From the NCBI GenBank assembly GCA_030867685.1, contig JAQOWU010000003.1, forward strand, positions 744,001 through 808,000: a DNA stretch of 64,000 nt, written 5' to 3'. Of the stretch, positions 63,380 to 64,000 are shown in pieces. The DNA is from Wickerhamiella versatilis (Eukaryota). Each line of letters begins with the position of its first letter. Position 1 is the stretch's first letter. The translations under genes and the position numbers were made by a program. The notes under the pieces are model-generated. The model did no database searches, had not been told where the DNA came from, and saw only the letters and a list, made by a program, of their open reading frames with translations.

Positions 63380-64000
63380 TTAAGGGGCGTTTTTAGATAC
63401 AAACTTATTGACCTTGTCCTGGTCAATAGGAATGTTACCGGCCAGAGAGGGCACACTGTCAAACTTCGAGAAAACATCCTCAGGCACCTGTGCAGTATGT
63501 GTAGTAGTAGTGGTCTTGGTCTCAACTGGAATGGAACCAGCAGCCTTAGATGGAGAGACGGTCTCGCCAGTAGTAGTAGACTTAGGGGCAGCGCTGGGAC
63601 TCTTGCTGGTTACTGGAGCTGAGGGAGCTGCGTGAGTTGCGGAAGCCGCGGAAGCCGCAGGACTTGTCGAAGCACCAGAAGTGAAGGCTGTAGGTTTTGC
63701 ACTAGCACCATCGAAATCCTTGACAGGGCTTACATTAGCCTTAGCTGGAAACCCGCCACGGTTTCCGACGAGCTTCTTAACGAAGTCGATCTGAGGACCA
63801 GCCTTAGCATATGCAGCATCACCAACCTTTTTGGCATGGTCAGATGCCTGGGAGCGCAACTCCGTGATGGCATCATCGACTTGGGTCTTGAACTGCAGAT
63901 ACAAAGGTGGGAGACCAAATACAAGTACAATGGAAAATAGTACGAGGAACTTCACGCTGAAAATTCCAAGCAATGAGTAAACTAGTCTGCATACAGCGGC
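63380..64000 (-). CDS. RTN1: Reticulon (3' part; gene runs off the window end)
   Basis: Frame is open to 64000; hydrophobic hairpin ending FGLPPLY....QVD, then an amphipathic helix and an S/T/P/A-rich tail. Confidence 0.8.
   Translation of the reverse strand, partial: AAVCRLVYSLLGIFSVKFLVLFSIVLVFGLPPLYLQFKTQVDDAITELRSQASDHAKKVGDAAYAKAGPQIDFVKKLVGNRGGFPAKANVSPVKDFDGASAKPTAFTSGASTSPAASAASATHAAPSAPVTSKSPSAAPKSTTTGETVSPSKAAGSIPVETKTTTTTHTAQVPEDVFSKFDSVPSLAGNIPIDQDKVNKFVSKNAP

Noticed and set aside
128-63940. Many 60-180 aa antisense or alternate-frame ORFs (e.g. 7651-8184, 17538-17999, 49057-49548, 52730-53206)
   Set aside because: They are shadow ORFs of conserved genes, with low-complexity or non-protein-like composition.

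Overview
Extremely compact, apparently intron-free budding-yeast (Saccharomycotina) nuclear DNA. It holds 48 protein-coding genes (one partial) plus one intron-containing tRNA-Ser(AGA) in 64 kb, about one gene per 1.3 kb. CTG sits at conserved Leu positions, so the code is standard. Compaction, shortened proteins and retained ancestral genes (TRAPPC11-like, HID1-like) suggest an early-diverging lineage such as Wickerhamiella/Starmerella (inference only). The genes are housekeeping, and no mobile element, CRISPR array or clearly bacterial gene was seen. The main unexplained signal is regulatory. Eight head-to-head gene pairs have only 35-64 bp between their ATGs. A palindromic bZIP-like element, T(G/T)A-N1-2-T(A/C)A, lies in every one of these spacers and, mostly 5-30 bp upstream of the ATG, before roughly half of all genes regardless of function. 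It is a candidate lineage-specific general promoter/TSS element. Gene names come from recognising motifs by eye; no database search was run.
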